64,000 nt of DNA from Octopus sinensis (GCF_006345805.1 NC_043005.1:69626001-69690000), one strand, 5' to 3'; positions 12,633 to 25,572 are shown, numbered from the stretch's first letter. Notes: generated by a model not told the origin, from the letters alone. Numbers and translations are program-made.

Positions 12633-15600
12633 ATATATATATATATACATATACAAACATACATACATATGTATGTGTGTGTATGTGCGTGTGTACGTGT
12701 ATGTATATATGATGTACTATATCTATATGTATCATCAATGATTTATTACCTTTCACCAATATTATTTGAATGCAGCATTTTGCAAACACACATATGTACG
12801 AAGATCACTACGTAGACAGAAGTGCGTGTGCTTCCGTGTGCGCATGTGTTCGTGTGTAAACACACACACATACAAAGACAGAGTTACATACATTTAGACA
12901 AACACTTATATAGACGTATTCACACAAATTCATACGTATAATAAATATACATATACTTTCACATATGCCCGTATATAGATAGATATGCATTTATATATAA
13001 CCTATTTATATACATATGCATATACATATATATATACGTATATATATATATATATTCATATGAGACAGGGAGTGAATGAGAAAAAGGAGAAAGAAAGAGA
13101 AAGTATGAAGGAGGTGAGAGTTAAAGTGAGATAGAAAACCGATGGTCTTCTTCGTGGACATGGTCTTCTAATTTTCACTTCCAAATTATTAATCAACTGG
13201 AGGTGACAACATAATTCTCTTGTGCAGTGGGGTGGAAATCAGCACCAAGTAAATCAAACAATAAATATTTGTCTAAACATTTCATTAACCAAACATATAC
13301 ACATCTAGAAGAATATCGACTCATTAGATCTGTAGTATCAAATTGAAATTTAATATTGCCAGATATATTTCAACTGCCTTCGAGTTTCTACCCTAACAGG
13401 ACCCATTGTGTGTCACTAAAAGACAACTGGAACACAGCAATCGGGATGCCAATGAGCTTGAAGAAGTGAACCGTGTTCCTTCAAGTGTTACCGGTAATAT
13501 CTCTCCGAATAGACAAGTCCTTACTTTTAAGCGTGCAAAACAATTATCAGAGTCGGCTTTTCAGAGCCCTAATTAGACAAAGTCATCTTACCCATCAAAG
13601 AAAGCGAAATGTCAATACTTGTTTGACGAGCCCATTGACAAGGTATGTCACGCAATCTCACTGTGTATTGAAGCCAGTTGCTGTGGTTTGCAACTAGCTC
13701 GTTGCTATAATGATCTCAAGGTAGCAGAACGGCGCGGAGCCTGTAAATGTATACGCAGAGAAGAAGAAGCAATTTGAAGGTGGCTGTGCTTGACAAGGCG
13801 CGCAGGCAAAAAATAATTAAGTCCTATTCTGACTATGAAATTCTTGCTGATGATGCAGAATACTTAATCACTGCTGAATTCTTTTTTTTCACTGTTGCTT
13901 TATTCTGGCTTGGCGTATTGATTGAAGATATGCTATGTATTTGAGTTTTATAATAATACATCATCAGTTTCTACTGAAGATTTATTTAGTTAGCAATGGT
14001 GAAACTTCGAGATATAGAGATACCTGATCATTTTTTACTTTTTCCCAATAGTCTTGCCTGCATGCATTCAACGTGCAATAAATGAGAATGTATTTTTCGT
14101 GGTTTGGGGATTTGATACCTCCTTTCAGCATGCAAGAAACCACGTTGTGGTTCTCCTCTTAGTGTGTAATTTATACACACTTATACATATATAAAAATGT
14201 TTTATGGTCTACGGAGAAGTTTTACGCATGCTGGTCACTGGTAAATTATTTTCAAAGATTTCCCGCATTTATATATGTATATATATATATAATATATATA
14301 TATATACATATACAAACATACATACATATGTATGTGTGTGTATGTGCGTGTGTACGTGTATGTATATATGATGTACTATATCTATATGTATCATCAATGA
14401 TTTATTACCTTTCACCAATATTATTTGAATGCAGCATTTTGCAAACACACATATGTACGAAGATCACTACGTAGACAGAAGTGCGTGTGCTTCCGTGTGC
14501 GCATGTGTTCGTGTGTAAACACACACACATACAAAGGCACAGTTACATACATTTAGACAAACACTTATATAGACGTATTCACACAAATTCATACGTATAA
14601 TAAATATACATATACTTTCACATATGCCCGTATATAGATAGATATGCATTTATATATAATCTATTTATATACATATGCATATACATATATATATATACGT
14701 ATATATATATATTCATATGAGACAGGGAGTGAATGAGAAAAAGGAGAAAGAAAGAGAAAGTATGAAGGAGGTGAGAGTTAAAGTGAGATAGAAAACCGAT
14801 GGTCTTCTTCGTGGACATGGTCTTCTAATTTTCACTTCCAAATTATTAATCAACTGGAGGTGACAACATAATTCTCTTGTGCAGTGGGGTAGAAATCAGC
14901 ACCAAGTAAATCAAACAATAAATATTTGTCTAAACATTTCATTAACAAAACATATACACATCTAGAAGAATATCGACTCATTAGATCTGTAGTATCAAAT
15001 TGAAATTTAATATTGCCAGATATATTTCAACTGCCTTCGAGTTTCTACCCTAACAGGACCGATTGTGTGTCACTAAAAGACAACTGGAACACAGCAATCG
15101 GGATGCCAATGAGCTTGAAGAAGTGAACCGTGTTCCTTCAAGTGTTACCGGTAATATCTCTCCGAATAGACAAGTCCTTACTTTTAAGCGTGCAAAACAA
15201 TTATCAGAGTCGGCTTTTCAGAGCCCTAATTAGACAAAGTCATCTTACCCATCAAAGAAAGCGAAATGTCAATACTTGTTTGACGAGCCCATTGACAAGG
15301 TATGTCACGCAATCTCATTGTGTATTGAAGCCAGTTGCTGTGGTTTGCAACTAGCTCGTTGCTATAATGATCTCAAGGTAGCAGAACGGCGCGGAGCCTG
15401 TAAATGTATACGCAGAGAAGATGAAGCAATTTGAAGGTGGCTGTGCTTGACAAGGCGCGCAGGCAAAAAATAATTAAGTCCTATTCTGACTATGAAATTC
15501 TTGCTGATGATGCAGAATACTTAATCACTGCTGAATTCTTTTTTTTCACTGTTGCTTTATTCTGGCTTGGCGTATTGATTGAAGATATGCTATGTATTTG

Positions 15601-15932
15601 AGTTTTATAATAATACATCATCAGTTTCTACTGAAGATTTATTTAGTTAGCAATGGTGAAACTTCGAGATATAGAGATACCTGATCATTTTTTACTTTTT
15701 CCCAATAGTCTTGCCTGCATGCATTCAACGTGCAATAAATGAGAATGTATTTTTCGTGGTTTGGGGATTTGATACCTCCTTTCAGCATGCAAGGAAACCA
15801 CGTTGTGGTTCTCCTCTTAGTGTGTAAATTATACACACTTATACATATATAAAAATGTTTTATGGTCTACGGAGAAGTTTTACGCATGCTGGTCACTGGT
15901 AAATTGTTATTTTCAAAGATTTCCCGCATTTA

Positions 15933-15970
<38 letters not shown>
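12633..15970 (+). repeat. near-identical tandem duplication, unit ~1657 bp, junctions in (TA)n
   Basis: Identical ORFs at 13473/15130 (offset 1657) and near-identical ORFs at 12808/14467. Copies differ by a few SNPs and 1-3 bp indels. Confidence 0.95.
13400..13880 (+). pseudogene. decayed coding-like segment, possibly the N-terminus of an Academ-type DNA transposase (second copy ~15057-15540)
   Basis: A ~125-codon frame with one internal TAG (DPLCVTKRQL..LTFKRAKQ..KCQYLFDEP..CIEASCCGLQLARCYND), then EILADDAEYL in another frame. Loosely resembles the CFFCDE..DL.A.EAKYH..C..YN pattern; recognised by eye only. Confidence 0.25.
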
Positions 15971-15975
<5 letters not shown>

Positions 15976-16194
15976 ATATCCAACACGTAAATACTGAACA
16001 GTATACATAAAGGATAATATCCTTTTAAGTGCAGAAAATTTCATATATAGTGTCCAGTGTTTACGTGTTGAAAACAAATTCATCTTTTTATTTGATCTAC
16101 AATACATTTCAACGCTTCAAAAACAAACTTATGCGCATTTACATATAACACAATCTGGATCACTTTATAACTTCTAAAATTGCAGCAAAAATTT

Positions 16195-16282
16195 CCGGCT
16201 GGCAGTTTGGCTTAAAGTGTAGGGCTCTCCAACTGGATAGGCGAGTGGCGTGAGTTCGATCCCCGTGGCTGGCAGCCGGCAA
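16195..16282 (+). mobile_element. tRNA-derived SINE head or tRNA-like remnant
   Basis: Box-A-like TGGCTTAAAGTG, box B GAGTTCGATCC, closing stem CCGGCTG/CAGCCGG; no anticodon stem. Confidence 0.5.
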
Positions 16283-16415
16283 ATGTTTCTGCTCTTAAAA
16301 TGATTTTATCATTTACATTTATTGTTGAGTGTTGGAAAAAAATAATTTTTCTACTTGTCCTACAATATATTTCATTCCTTCAAAAACTTACTTATGTTTG
16401 TCTACATGTTACGTA

Positions 16416-16447
<32 letters not shown>

Positions 16448-16679
16448 GTATATGTACATATGTATATGTGTGTGAAAGACTGTGACAGAGTGTGTGTGTG
16501 TGTGTGTATTTGTGTGCCTGTGTTATCCACAGTGTTCTGCCGTCATGCCCTGTATTTTTGGTAAATCCTTTATGCTTAAGCGATGCATTTTATGCTCTAT
16601 TAAATCCTAACTAGCATTATATTTTCTCTGTTTTAAATATCGACCGTACTGTGATTAGAGGAATTTATAAATGCTTTAC

Positions 16680-17500
16680 GCAAAGAGGCGCAATGATTAT
16701 TTGGACGGAAGTTGCGATAACATTTAAATTTCAGTTATTTAAAAAAACTCTATCTCCTTCGAAGTACGTTCTTTTGATTTCGTAGCACTCAACCCATTTG
16801 TGAAGGTCACATAGAAAAGTCCTCTTGAATGAAGGTGTCCTGGACCCCTGTCGCAGACTCCTTCATCACAATATCTACAAATGGACTTCCACTGTGGTTA
16901 TCTTTCAGCAGGGAGGAATAATCGAAATCACAGGCGGCAAGATCTGGTCTGAAGGTTGCTTCCATTGGGCACTCTGTCTTTTGGTTGGTGGGTCATAGCA
17001 GCAGATTTGATCTGAAAACCTTGGGCATGAACTTTACACATATTTCGCTCATGTTCAGGTCTTCATATATAATTATGTGCAGAGTTTTCACACCAACTCC
17101 AAAATATAATCTTATTGATTTTATAACCGCACAACGATTTTCATCCAGAAAATTACAAATATTCTCAACTGGTTTTGATGTTCTGACGTTGTTCACCCTC
17201 CCACACATCACATCACGCCTCACCTCTTCTCTACCGTTCCATAATCATTGTGGTACATTTCATGTTTTTGTAGATGTTTAGTACAACTCTTTATTGTATA
17301 GAGAGCTACCAAATCTACACATTTTAACGGTATTCTGCAAACAAGTCAGCTGGTATGAAATGTATGTCAAACTTGAATGAAGATTATTGGCAGGTAAGCT
17401 TAGTAGATGTATATTTATCATTTACTAAAATAACAATAATCTAGGACACATAACTTCTCCTCTTAAAAATGTTTAATAATTTCTGGAATGCACCTCTTGA
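16680..17500 (-). mobile_element. decayed, internally deleted mariner transposon
   Basis: ORF 16993-17223 (GRVNNVRT..FLDENR..TLHIIIYEDLNMSEICVKFMPKVF) is the mariner HTH/WVP region. C-terminal KWVEC..TYFEGD lies near 16750-16800. Confidence 0.75.
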
Positions 17501-18747
17501 TAGAAGAAATCTATTTATTCCTAAGTGTAGACTAATAATAAACTATATAATTTCATCCTTGAGAGAACAGTTTAGAAGAACAGTTTAATTTTCTACTCAT
17601 ATTTGATGTGATGAATTTAATGGCAAAAGAATGTTCTTGGTTACACATAGTCAATGAATGTTTACTTTTCGACTGCGAAAAATAATCAGTATTTTCAGAA
17701 AGTATACATATGTTGTCATGCTATTCAAAATGCCCCAATGAATAATAATATTGAAAATAATTTGAACTTTTTGTGCGCAACTTGGAACTAGTTAACGTGA
17801 TTAACGCTTAAATTCTTGTTTGTCATTCTAGCAATTTATTTTTAACGACAATCAATTCCAAATATATTATTGATATTCATTATCCTATGAAGGATAAACA
17901 ATTATCTCACTGCGCAAGGATTCAACACCGAATGCACTGTAACGAGGATATGGTGCCCAGTCTCTCTAATACTTTCATTAAATAATTACCTCTGGCTGCC
18001 CAGATGTAAAGAACAGATCTTACTTATTTCTATTGACCACTTATATTTCAGCTAATTGTATCATTTCCAGAGAGAGACATCGCAAAGTCTGGCACACTTA
18101 AGAATTAAACTTCAGTACGTAAAACCTTATACTGCATCCTGTTTGACAGAGCGTTACTGTTCCAAAAATATTATTATATTGGTAGTGAGAAAACGGAGTT
18201 TCATATAATTTTGTAGGATAAATTGTTTTCTCTTGAAAATTACTTTTAAAAGAGACTAATAATTACAAATTATAATTTCAATTAATTAATGTGAGAATAC
18301 ACATGTGCCTGTGAGCATGTGTGTGTCTGTGTGCGTGCGCCTGCGTGGGTACAAACATGCAAGCTGGGATGATTGTGTGTCTTAGCTCATCGTCTGTTGC
18401 AACATAACCTGTTTTGACTTTTGATGCTACAAGTTCGGTTAAAACATAAGTGATAAAACGGAATGCTGCAATGTTAATTTTAACATGATAAAATGTCATC
18501 CGGTTTTTATGGTATCACTTTGTTAGCGCTTATTAAATTTCTAATTAAGACAAATTAACGCGATACGCTACACATTTTAAAAACATCATCTATCCGTTTT
18601 TTTAAAAATATTCTACATTGAATACGCTTCTATTATGAAAGACAATATCGCAATTTTTTTCATTATATTTGCATTTATTGCTGCTTTATTTTACACACCT
18701 CTGTCAAAAACAAATAAGCCAATCGTTAAACATTATTTTCTTTCAAT

Positions 18748-18962
18748 AAGGCGGCGAGCTGGCACAATGGTTAGCACGCCAGGCGTAATGCTTAGCGTCA
18801 TTTCGTCTGCCGCTACGTTCTGAGTTCAAATTCCACCAGGTCGACTTTTCTTCTCATATTTTCGGGATTGATAAATTAAGTACCAGTGGAACCACGGGTG
18901 ATTGTAATCGAAACGTCTCTTACCCCAACTTTCAGCTCTCGTGCCTTTGGTAGAAACGATTA
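18748..18962 (+). mobile_element. SINE family A, tail type 2
   Basis: AAGGCGGCGAGCTGGCACAATGGTTAGCACGCC..GAGTTCAAATTCC..GATAAATTAAGTACCAG. The flank ATTATTTTCTTT is duplicated at 18732 and 18959. Confidence 0.9.
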
Positions 18963-18974
18963 TTTTCTTTTAGT

Positions 18975-19185
18975 AAGGCGGTGAGCAAGTAGAATAATTA
19001 ATACGCACGACATGACGATTGGTGAGATTTCATCCGTCTTTACGATGTGAGTTCAAATTGCACAGAGGTCGACTTTGACTTTTATCATTTCGGAGTCGAT
19101 GAAAAAAGTACAAGTTGAACCCCGGAGTAGATGTAATCGGATATCCCTTTCCCCAAAAATTACAGGCTTTGTGCCTAAAATAGAT
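18975..19185 (+). mobile_element. SINE family A, tail type 2 (older, tandem to the previous copy)
   Basis: AAGGCGGTGAGC..GAGTTCAAATTG..GAGGTCGACTTTGAC..CCCCAAAAATTACAGGCTTTGTGCC. Confidence 0.8.
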
Positions 19186-19656
19186 GGATTTTCTTTTTCT
19201 TTTTATGCCTTATTTACATATCCCAGTGCATATTGAAACGAATTTTTTATTTTGCCTCTACAGAAAACAGTTGAAGGAAAAGTCAGCACTGGCTACATCT
19301 GCAAACCAAAATATATGTAGATATTGAAACTGAACAAATATTGTTTATAAGGGGCATATTGACAAGGCAATATTGCATTGAATATGCAGTATTTCAAATT
19401 TAGCCTAACGGCAGAAAATGCTCCGTTACTTGTCACAGACACCATTTTAAACATCGGTTACTAACAATCAATGCCATCGCCCCATGACCTGAAAAATTCA
19501 CATCTATTGCAATAGACAATCGATTGATTCAGTCGAGGTCGAGTTGACTTCCTTAATTTCGAGCCATCATTGATGTGGATATGAAAATTATTCGTTTGTA
19601 CAGACTTTATTTTAATTCATAAAAAATTGTATTTAATATATTGGAATTGGTAAACT

Positions 19657-19795
19657 GCGGTGAGCTGGCAGAACAGTTAGTGCGCCGGGCAAAATGCTTT
19701 GCAGCATTTCTTTCATCTTTCCTTTCTGAGTTCAAATTACCCTGAGGTAGTATTTTCATTTCATCATTTCCGACCGTATGCTAAAATTTGAAATC
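19657..19795 (+). mobile_element. SINE family A, internally deleted
   Basis: GCGGTGAGCTGGCAGAACAGTTAG..CTGAGTTCAAATTAC..AAAATTTGAAA. Confidence 0.75.
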
Positions 19796-21211
19796 GATTT
19801 GTAATTATTAAAGAACAAAATAAGGTCAAAGGAAAATAAACGCCGGTCAGGTCTACATTCCGCATGTAAGGATATAGAGCCAAAGAGATTAAATTAAATG
19901 TCCTAATATTTAGTCACTGAATCTCATTTTGTTCCTTAATAACAATGATTTTTCTGTGTCATGCCACAAAAAGGAAACGAATGGAAAATCATTTCAGTGC
20001 AATACTGTCTGAGTCACCTGTGCAGTATTCTTCGAAAGTTATTAATTCTTTGTTACACATTATGAAATGATTTGTTTGATCAAGTGGTGTCAATGAAATT
20101 TTATATATCTATGTCTAATCTGTCTGCAATGCCTTTATGGTGTGACGTCTTTGACAATCATATTTGCATTTTTCTCAGCGAAATAAACATTCTAATTGAC
20201 ATTAATAAAATTGAATCACGTGGTCTATTTTCAGCATAATCATTGTTCTATTACAATAACTTATATTTCTAACGGCAAAATATAGTCGAATACATTTAAT
20301 CCCCTATATGTCTTTGCTAGCAGAAACGTATGGATCCCATAATTGAGAAAATATTTAGGCATTACGGAACCAAACATCTGTAAATTCTGAGTTTTCAAAC
20401 GAATTGATCTGCAAAATTAGAATACGTACCAGTTTCACATGCGATCTTGTCGATAATTTACGTGTGTTATTCGAATAAAGAAAAAGTGACATCGACTAAA
20501 TTGATTAAAATACGTTACTGGTATATATGTTATCAAAGCTATTTTATCAAAACGAGAGTTGGATAAATAGGTTTTTATCTCAGATATCAAAGACCTTAAG
20601 TATTATAACATATAACTAATAAATAGTTCTGTGCTCAAGTCTACTACCACAGGAAATATAGTGATGTATTTCAATAACGGCTAAGCGTATCTTTTAGAGA
20701 TATGTATATATCGAGCCTTAAATTTAGGGTAATATTTTTGAGCATTACTTTAATTTGCCTGTTCCTAAAGTACGTGTGATCTGAATGGAGATGTATTACT
20801 GAACCATCTTGAAACTGTGTGGACAAAACAGAAGTTTGAACTACAGATACAACAGTTGGAAAAAAATACAAATTGAGCAAATGAAGAATCAACATTTGTA
20901 ATAGAGTGGAACAATCTTTTACTAATGCAATATGATGAAATACAAAACTCACAACGGCATCATATAAATGTAGGCTGAAGTAAACCGGCATGAATACTGA
21001 GAAACATTCTATTCAACTCTCTGTTTAAGATGTCAATATGCCAGAATCCACTTGTAGTGAATAGAATTCAAGAATTAGTATTGTCATATATTCCCAAGAA
21101 GGCAACAGTTTACAAATACCATGATGGACAAAATCGTGACATTTGTTGTGAATTCCTTTAATATATGTATATTTATATGTATATCCTTCGTTCAAATTAA
21201 TATTATATATC

Positions 21212-21290
21212 AGGTAATTTCTTGCTTCCGAACCACATGGCTCCGGTTTGAGTCCCACTGCGTGGCACCATTAGCAAGTGTCTTCTTAAA
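21212..21290 (+). mobile_element. SINE family B head fragment
   Basis: AACCACATGGCTCCGGTTTGAGTCCCACTGCGTGGCACCATTAGCAAGTGTCTTCT matches the reverse complement of 43073-43130. Confidence 0.75.
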
Positions 21291-21299
21291 CACTTAACT

Positions 21300-22797
21300 T
21301 AAACGTAAGTGGGTTATAAAAATTCAGAAGTCTAATCAAAAGATACGGAACACATTTCACATTGACACCTCGCATTTTGCGTAGAACTCTAATCTACAAA
21401 GCGCTAATTTTTAAAGAAAAAAGATTCAAAGGGGAGTAAAAGAACATTGAAAAACAAGGACAGCAGCGGAGAAAGTAGCTGAAACAGCAACAGCTACAGG
21501 GGCAGCAGCACTATCTTCAGTGGAAGATGGTGGATACTCCACGCAGCAATAACACTGGATGCGGAAAAATCAGCTGGTGATAGTACAGTAAACATGACAA
21601 CAACAACACCAAATGAAAAAGACACCAACCTAACAGATTTAACCCTTCTCAAGTCCCACTCTGAAACCGGCAATGCAAAGAAGAGTAGAGAGAAGTCTTT
21701 AAAAGGGGAAAAAGGAAAAAGGAAGCAACTCCGGTACCTTCCCACAACACAGAAATGTCTACACAACCATCATACCACGACACATGTATTACCAACAACG
21801 CCGATACCACTGCCAGGACCACACACAAAACAAAAGCGACCAACCAGAGGCTTGCAAAATTTCACGGCAATAAACACAGATAATACATATGCAATCACAC
21901 AGACAGCAATTCAAGCATTCTTTTCTTGCGCACTACCCAACGTACGCCTATACATACGGATCCTCAGAATTTCGAACATTACTTACATTAAATTAAAAGT
22001 GAACTATCCCAACGCGTTAGGCATTAAAAAACAAACGTAAACACAAAGCTATATAGAAATCTGATCGTGGGAACAGCGACAGCCAGAAAATGATGACAAA
22101 TAAAGCACTCACACTCCCTCAGCCAAAACCGTAAGTTTTCCCCTTTCTCCAGTTTTCATCCATCATGGTTTTGCTCAAGTTAGGCAGTTTAAATGTACGT
22201 GGCCTGAGATCGCATTGGGTGCAGGGACGCTTTTCCAATGACCTCAGGGCACTGAATTTGGACGTCATAGTCAAAAGCGAAACCAGACTGACTGGGCCAC
22301 AAGCTTTCATCTACGCGTCTCCTTGCCAGGCAAGACGGAATGGGTCACTGTTCCAGAAAGGTCTGGTCTCTGTCTAGTGACTTTTGCAAAAGAGGTTGTA
22401 TGGTTGTCGCTTGTGAAAGGTTTGAGAACAGGGTCTTTTCACTCCAGCAGTGATCTCACTAACTATTTCAGGTTCCACTTGAAAGAAAGTGAGACTGGAA
22501 AGGGAGGTGTTGCCTTCCTGTAAATTTGCGGAAAGGGGTAAATGTTGCAAGAATGTTTGAGTGAATGTGCCTGATTGAGCATTAATTTCTTGGGGATTGT
22601 GCCCTAGCTATTAGGTTGTTTTGTTGCTTGTGGTGTTTCCGCCACCAACCCAGCAAACCTACTACTTTTCGAAACCACTGTTGTTTCATTAATTTGTATG
22701 TTAATTTTATTTACACGCTTTTATGAATGACCTCCACCCTTTTTTGTCCTGTATCGTCCCTCTCTGTGAAGCCCTTAGTGGCTAATAAAGAAAATAT
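21300..22797 (+). mobile_element. internally deleted Tx1/L1-like LINE (ORF1 remnant, APE endonuclease start, ORF2 C-terminus, 3' tail)
   Basis: ORF 22165 MVLLKLGSLNVRGLR..LRALNLDVIVKSETRL has APE motifs I-II. A Lys/Thr-rich ORF1-like region spans 21480-21850. C-terminal YFRFHLK..VRLEREVLP..FAER is near 22460-22540. The 3' end is AATAAAGAAAA. Confidence 0.7.
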
Positions 22798-22849
22798 TTT
22801 TTTGCCGAACAACTACACAAAATATTTGTTAATAATGCACAAATGTCTG

Positions 22850-23040
22850 TGTACACATAAGCTCAGTCCCATCATTAATTCGACATTACCTGTAGAGGGA
22901 CACCATGTGCCACATGCCATGTAATGACCACAGAGCAACATCAAGTGAAGTGCTTTGATCAAGAACAGAAGGCAACGACCGGTCTGAGAATCGAACACAC
23001 GACCTCGCAATCATAATTACAGCACATTAATCGCTAAAAC
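22850..23040 (-). mobile_element. degenerate tRNA-head SINE (another family)
   Basis: Minus strand GAGGTCGTGTGTTCGATTCTCAGACC (box B) followed by TTCTTGATCAAAGCACTTCACTTGATGTTGCTC. Confidence 0.55.
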
Positions 23041-23805
23041 ATACATACTTACATACATACATACAAGCACACACTTGCCCACACACATATATGCTTACAC
23101 ATGCATTCATAGAAACCCGTACACACAGAAGTGACACAAATATATGCGATCCTGTGTGTAAGTGTATGTCTATGTGTATGTATTATATTTAGTCGAAATA
23201 ATCGATCCCTCCGTCTCATCTTTATGTTCTTAGATTTATTCTTTCCTTTCAACAACTCAAATGTAATACTTTTTTAAGAGACCGGACGGTGATATCGTAC
23301 TTATCGGTTTTCATCGATCGGGTTTGTTTGTGCGATATTGATTATAGTTAACACTCTACAAATAACAATATCCTCTGTATACGGCGTCTTCATATATGCA
23401 TTAATGTGTTTCTTTTCGTACCCATAGAAAAATGTCTGACGAAGGTTTAAAAATAAATATGAACTAAGATCTCAATTCTATTGTTCAGTGTTATTAACAT
23501 GCTTAATCTCATTCATGGCGATTGAAATAATGCAAATATATTAATAAAATGTAAGCGAAAAAATAATTCACAATACGTGTGTTGGTAAATATCAGTTTCA
23601 AATGGATATACAGTGTAACACATATGTTGTATAGCTGTTTCTAAATGTAATATTTGGTGTAAATCTGATAAAAAGAAACAGGACAGCTGTTGAAGTGTTT
23701 GCCCGGATTGATAATCCCTCACTGTTAGTTCTGTATGTGTGTGTGGGGTATATATATATATATATATAATATATATATATATATTATATATATATATAAA
23801 TATAT

Positions 23806-24092
23806 ATTACGGAGATGTATTTTCATAGCAAGTGACCTGATCTCAGATCGTGTGCTGGAACGAAAACAATTCCAGCGTTGTAGGTGTTTATAAGCCATTT
23901 AATTTGTCAAAATATTTTCGTCGCTTTGAGACCGCGACCTGTTCACTGACAAAAGTCCGTGCTGCAAACATGTCGCGGTCTCAAAGCGACGAAAATATCT
24001 TGATAAATTAAATTTAAATGTTGAAGTGAATCTAATGGCTTTTGTGTGTTTCTCGAATGGCTTATAAACACCTTCCACGTTGCAATTGTTAT
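23806..24092. mobile_element. mini fold-back Penelope-like pseudo-LTR unit in (TA)n
   Basis: Nested inverted repeats: 23865-23899 vs 24056-24090, and 23901-23943 vs 23967-24009. Unpaired tail at 23806-23864. TA-rich flanks. Confidence 0.75.
23903..23953 (-). ncRNA. type I hammerhead-like motif with compensatory G3:C8 core
   Basis: Minus strand: TTTGTCA-GTGAACA-G-GTCGC-GGTCTCAAA-GCGAC-GAAA-ATAT-TT-TGACAAA. Stem I 7 bp perfect, stem II 5 bp perfect, palindromic stem III AATATT. Confidence 0.7.
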
Positions 24093-24794
24093 ATATACAT
24101 ACATATATATTTACATACATATATACATACATATATACATACATGTATACAAGCATACATATAGCTAATACTGAGGGATTATCAATCCAGGCAAAATGCT
24201 TCATAAGCTGTCTGTCGGCACACCAGGCTAACAATAATGTTTACATAAGGGAAGAGCTCCAAGCATTCATATGGCACGGTACAAGGTAATGATTCATCAT
24301 AATTCCGTATTGTAAATCCTTGGTTGGGTTCCAGACAAACTAGTTTTACTCAGGGTATATGTAAGACAAGGAATGCATAATGGTCATTACATGCTTCTCC
24401 TTTATTGGAGCAAATTTGGCTTACAGTTGTTTCCAGTAGCCATTATAGGTACATTCTTGATATGTTTACTCAATTGGTCTATTCATCAATTGAAAAAAAT
24501 TGAGCGACCTAAAAAAAAATCAATGCTGCTTTAGTCAGACCCATTTTAAAACAGAACATCAACAGAGTGGTACGTTTATGGGGGAGGGAAGCAAAGATTC
24601 AAAAGGGTAAGTAGTATAGAGAAAAAGTGGAAGCCAGGTTACAACGGGGTAATATGGAGGAGGGAAAGGAAAGAGGACCTGACCACTTAATAGAAGGATG
24701 GAAAAAAGATGACTAAAATTTGGGAGAAGAATATCGTAAAATATTAGTTTTTATAGTCAGGTGAAACACACAGGTCGTGGGTGAGAATGTACAT

Positions 24795-25250
24795 ATTAAA
24801 TAAAATAAGATAACAAGGCCAAGGCAATGTGTTATTTCCGAGACTTTTATAAAAAGAAAGGTGGCTTCCAGGGAAATAAATGATATCCCATCCTCAGAGA
24901 TGATTTAAAGTTCATTTTATAAGAAGTTATTTTGGAAATAGAGAGATATGCCAAAAATTAGAAGTAATGCAGAAAGTAAAAGGAAAATATGAAAATAAAT
25001 GCATTTGTATTTGAATTTTCATATCTTCTTTAATACTTTCTGCATTAGATCTAAGTTCATGTATATATCTCCCTTTCTAAAACAAGTACTTATAAAAAAA
25101 ATGAACTCCAATTCCCTCTATTGAAGCTCTTTTAACTCGTCTCTGATGATGGGATACCATTTATTTCCCTGAAACAGCTGTAAAACCACCTCTCTATAAA
25201 TGTCCTAGAAATATCACATTGCTATGACTTTGTTATCTTATTTCACTTAA
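24795..25250. mobile_element. older fold-back Penelope-like pseudo-LTR pair
   Basis: Diverged inverted repeat, ~24795-24950 vs ~25065-25250. Each arm has HHR sequence (ATCCCATCCTCAGAG vs CTCTGATGATGGGAT). Confidence 0.65.
25139..25186 (+). ncRNA. type I hammerhead motif (U.U at 10.1/11.1; one stem I mismatch)
   Basis: GTCT-CTGATGA-T-GGGA..TCCC-T-GAAA-CAGCTG-TA-AAAC; palindromic stem III ACAGCTGT. Confidence 0.65.
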
Positions 25251-25252
25251 TA

Positions 25253-25263
25253 TAATAATAATG

Positions 25264-25296
<33 letters not shown>

Positions 25297-25405
25297 GTAA
25301 TAATAATAATAATAACAACAACAACAACAACAATAATAATAATTGTTTATTATTAACATATTTTATTACACATATATGTGTGTGTGTACATATATGTATG
25401 TATAA

Positions 25406-25449
<44 letters not shown>

Positions 25450-25500
25450 TTATCTATCCATTCATCTATCTATCTGTCTGTCCGTCCTACTGTCTGTCTG

Positions 25501-25570
<70 letters not shown>
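25253..25570. repeat. compound microsatellite (TAA/CAA, TA, TG, CT)
   Basis: Direct inspection. Confidence 0.9.

Positions 25571-25572
<2 letters not shown>

Noticed and set aside
16195-16282. Functional tRNA gene (CTCCAAC, Trp-like loop)
   Set aside because: The anticodon stem does not pair; it fits a SINE head better.
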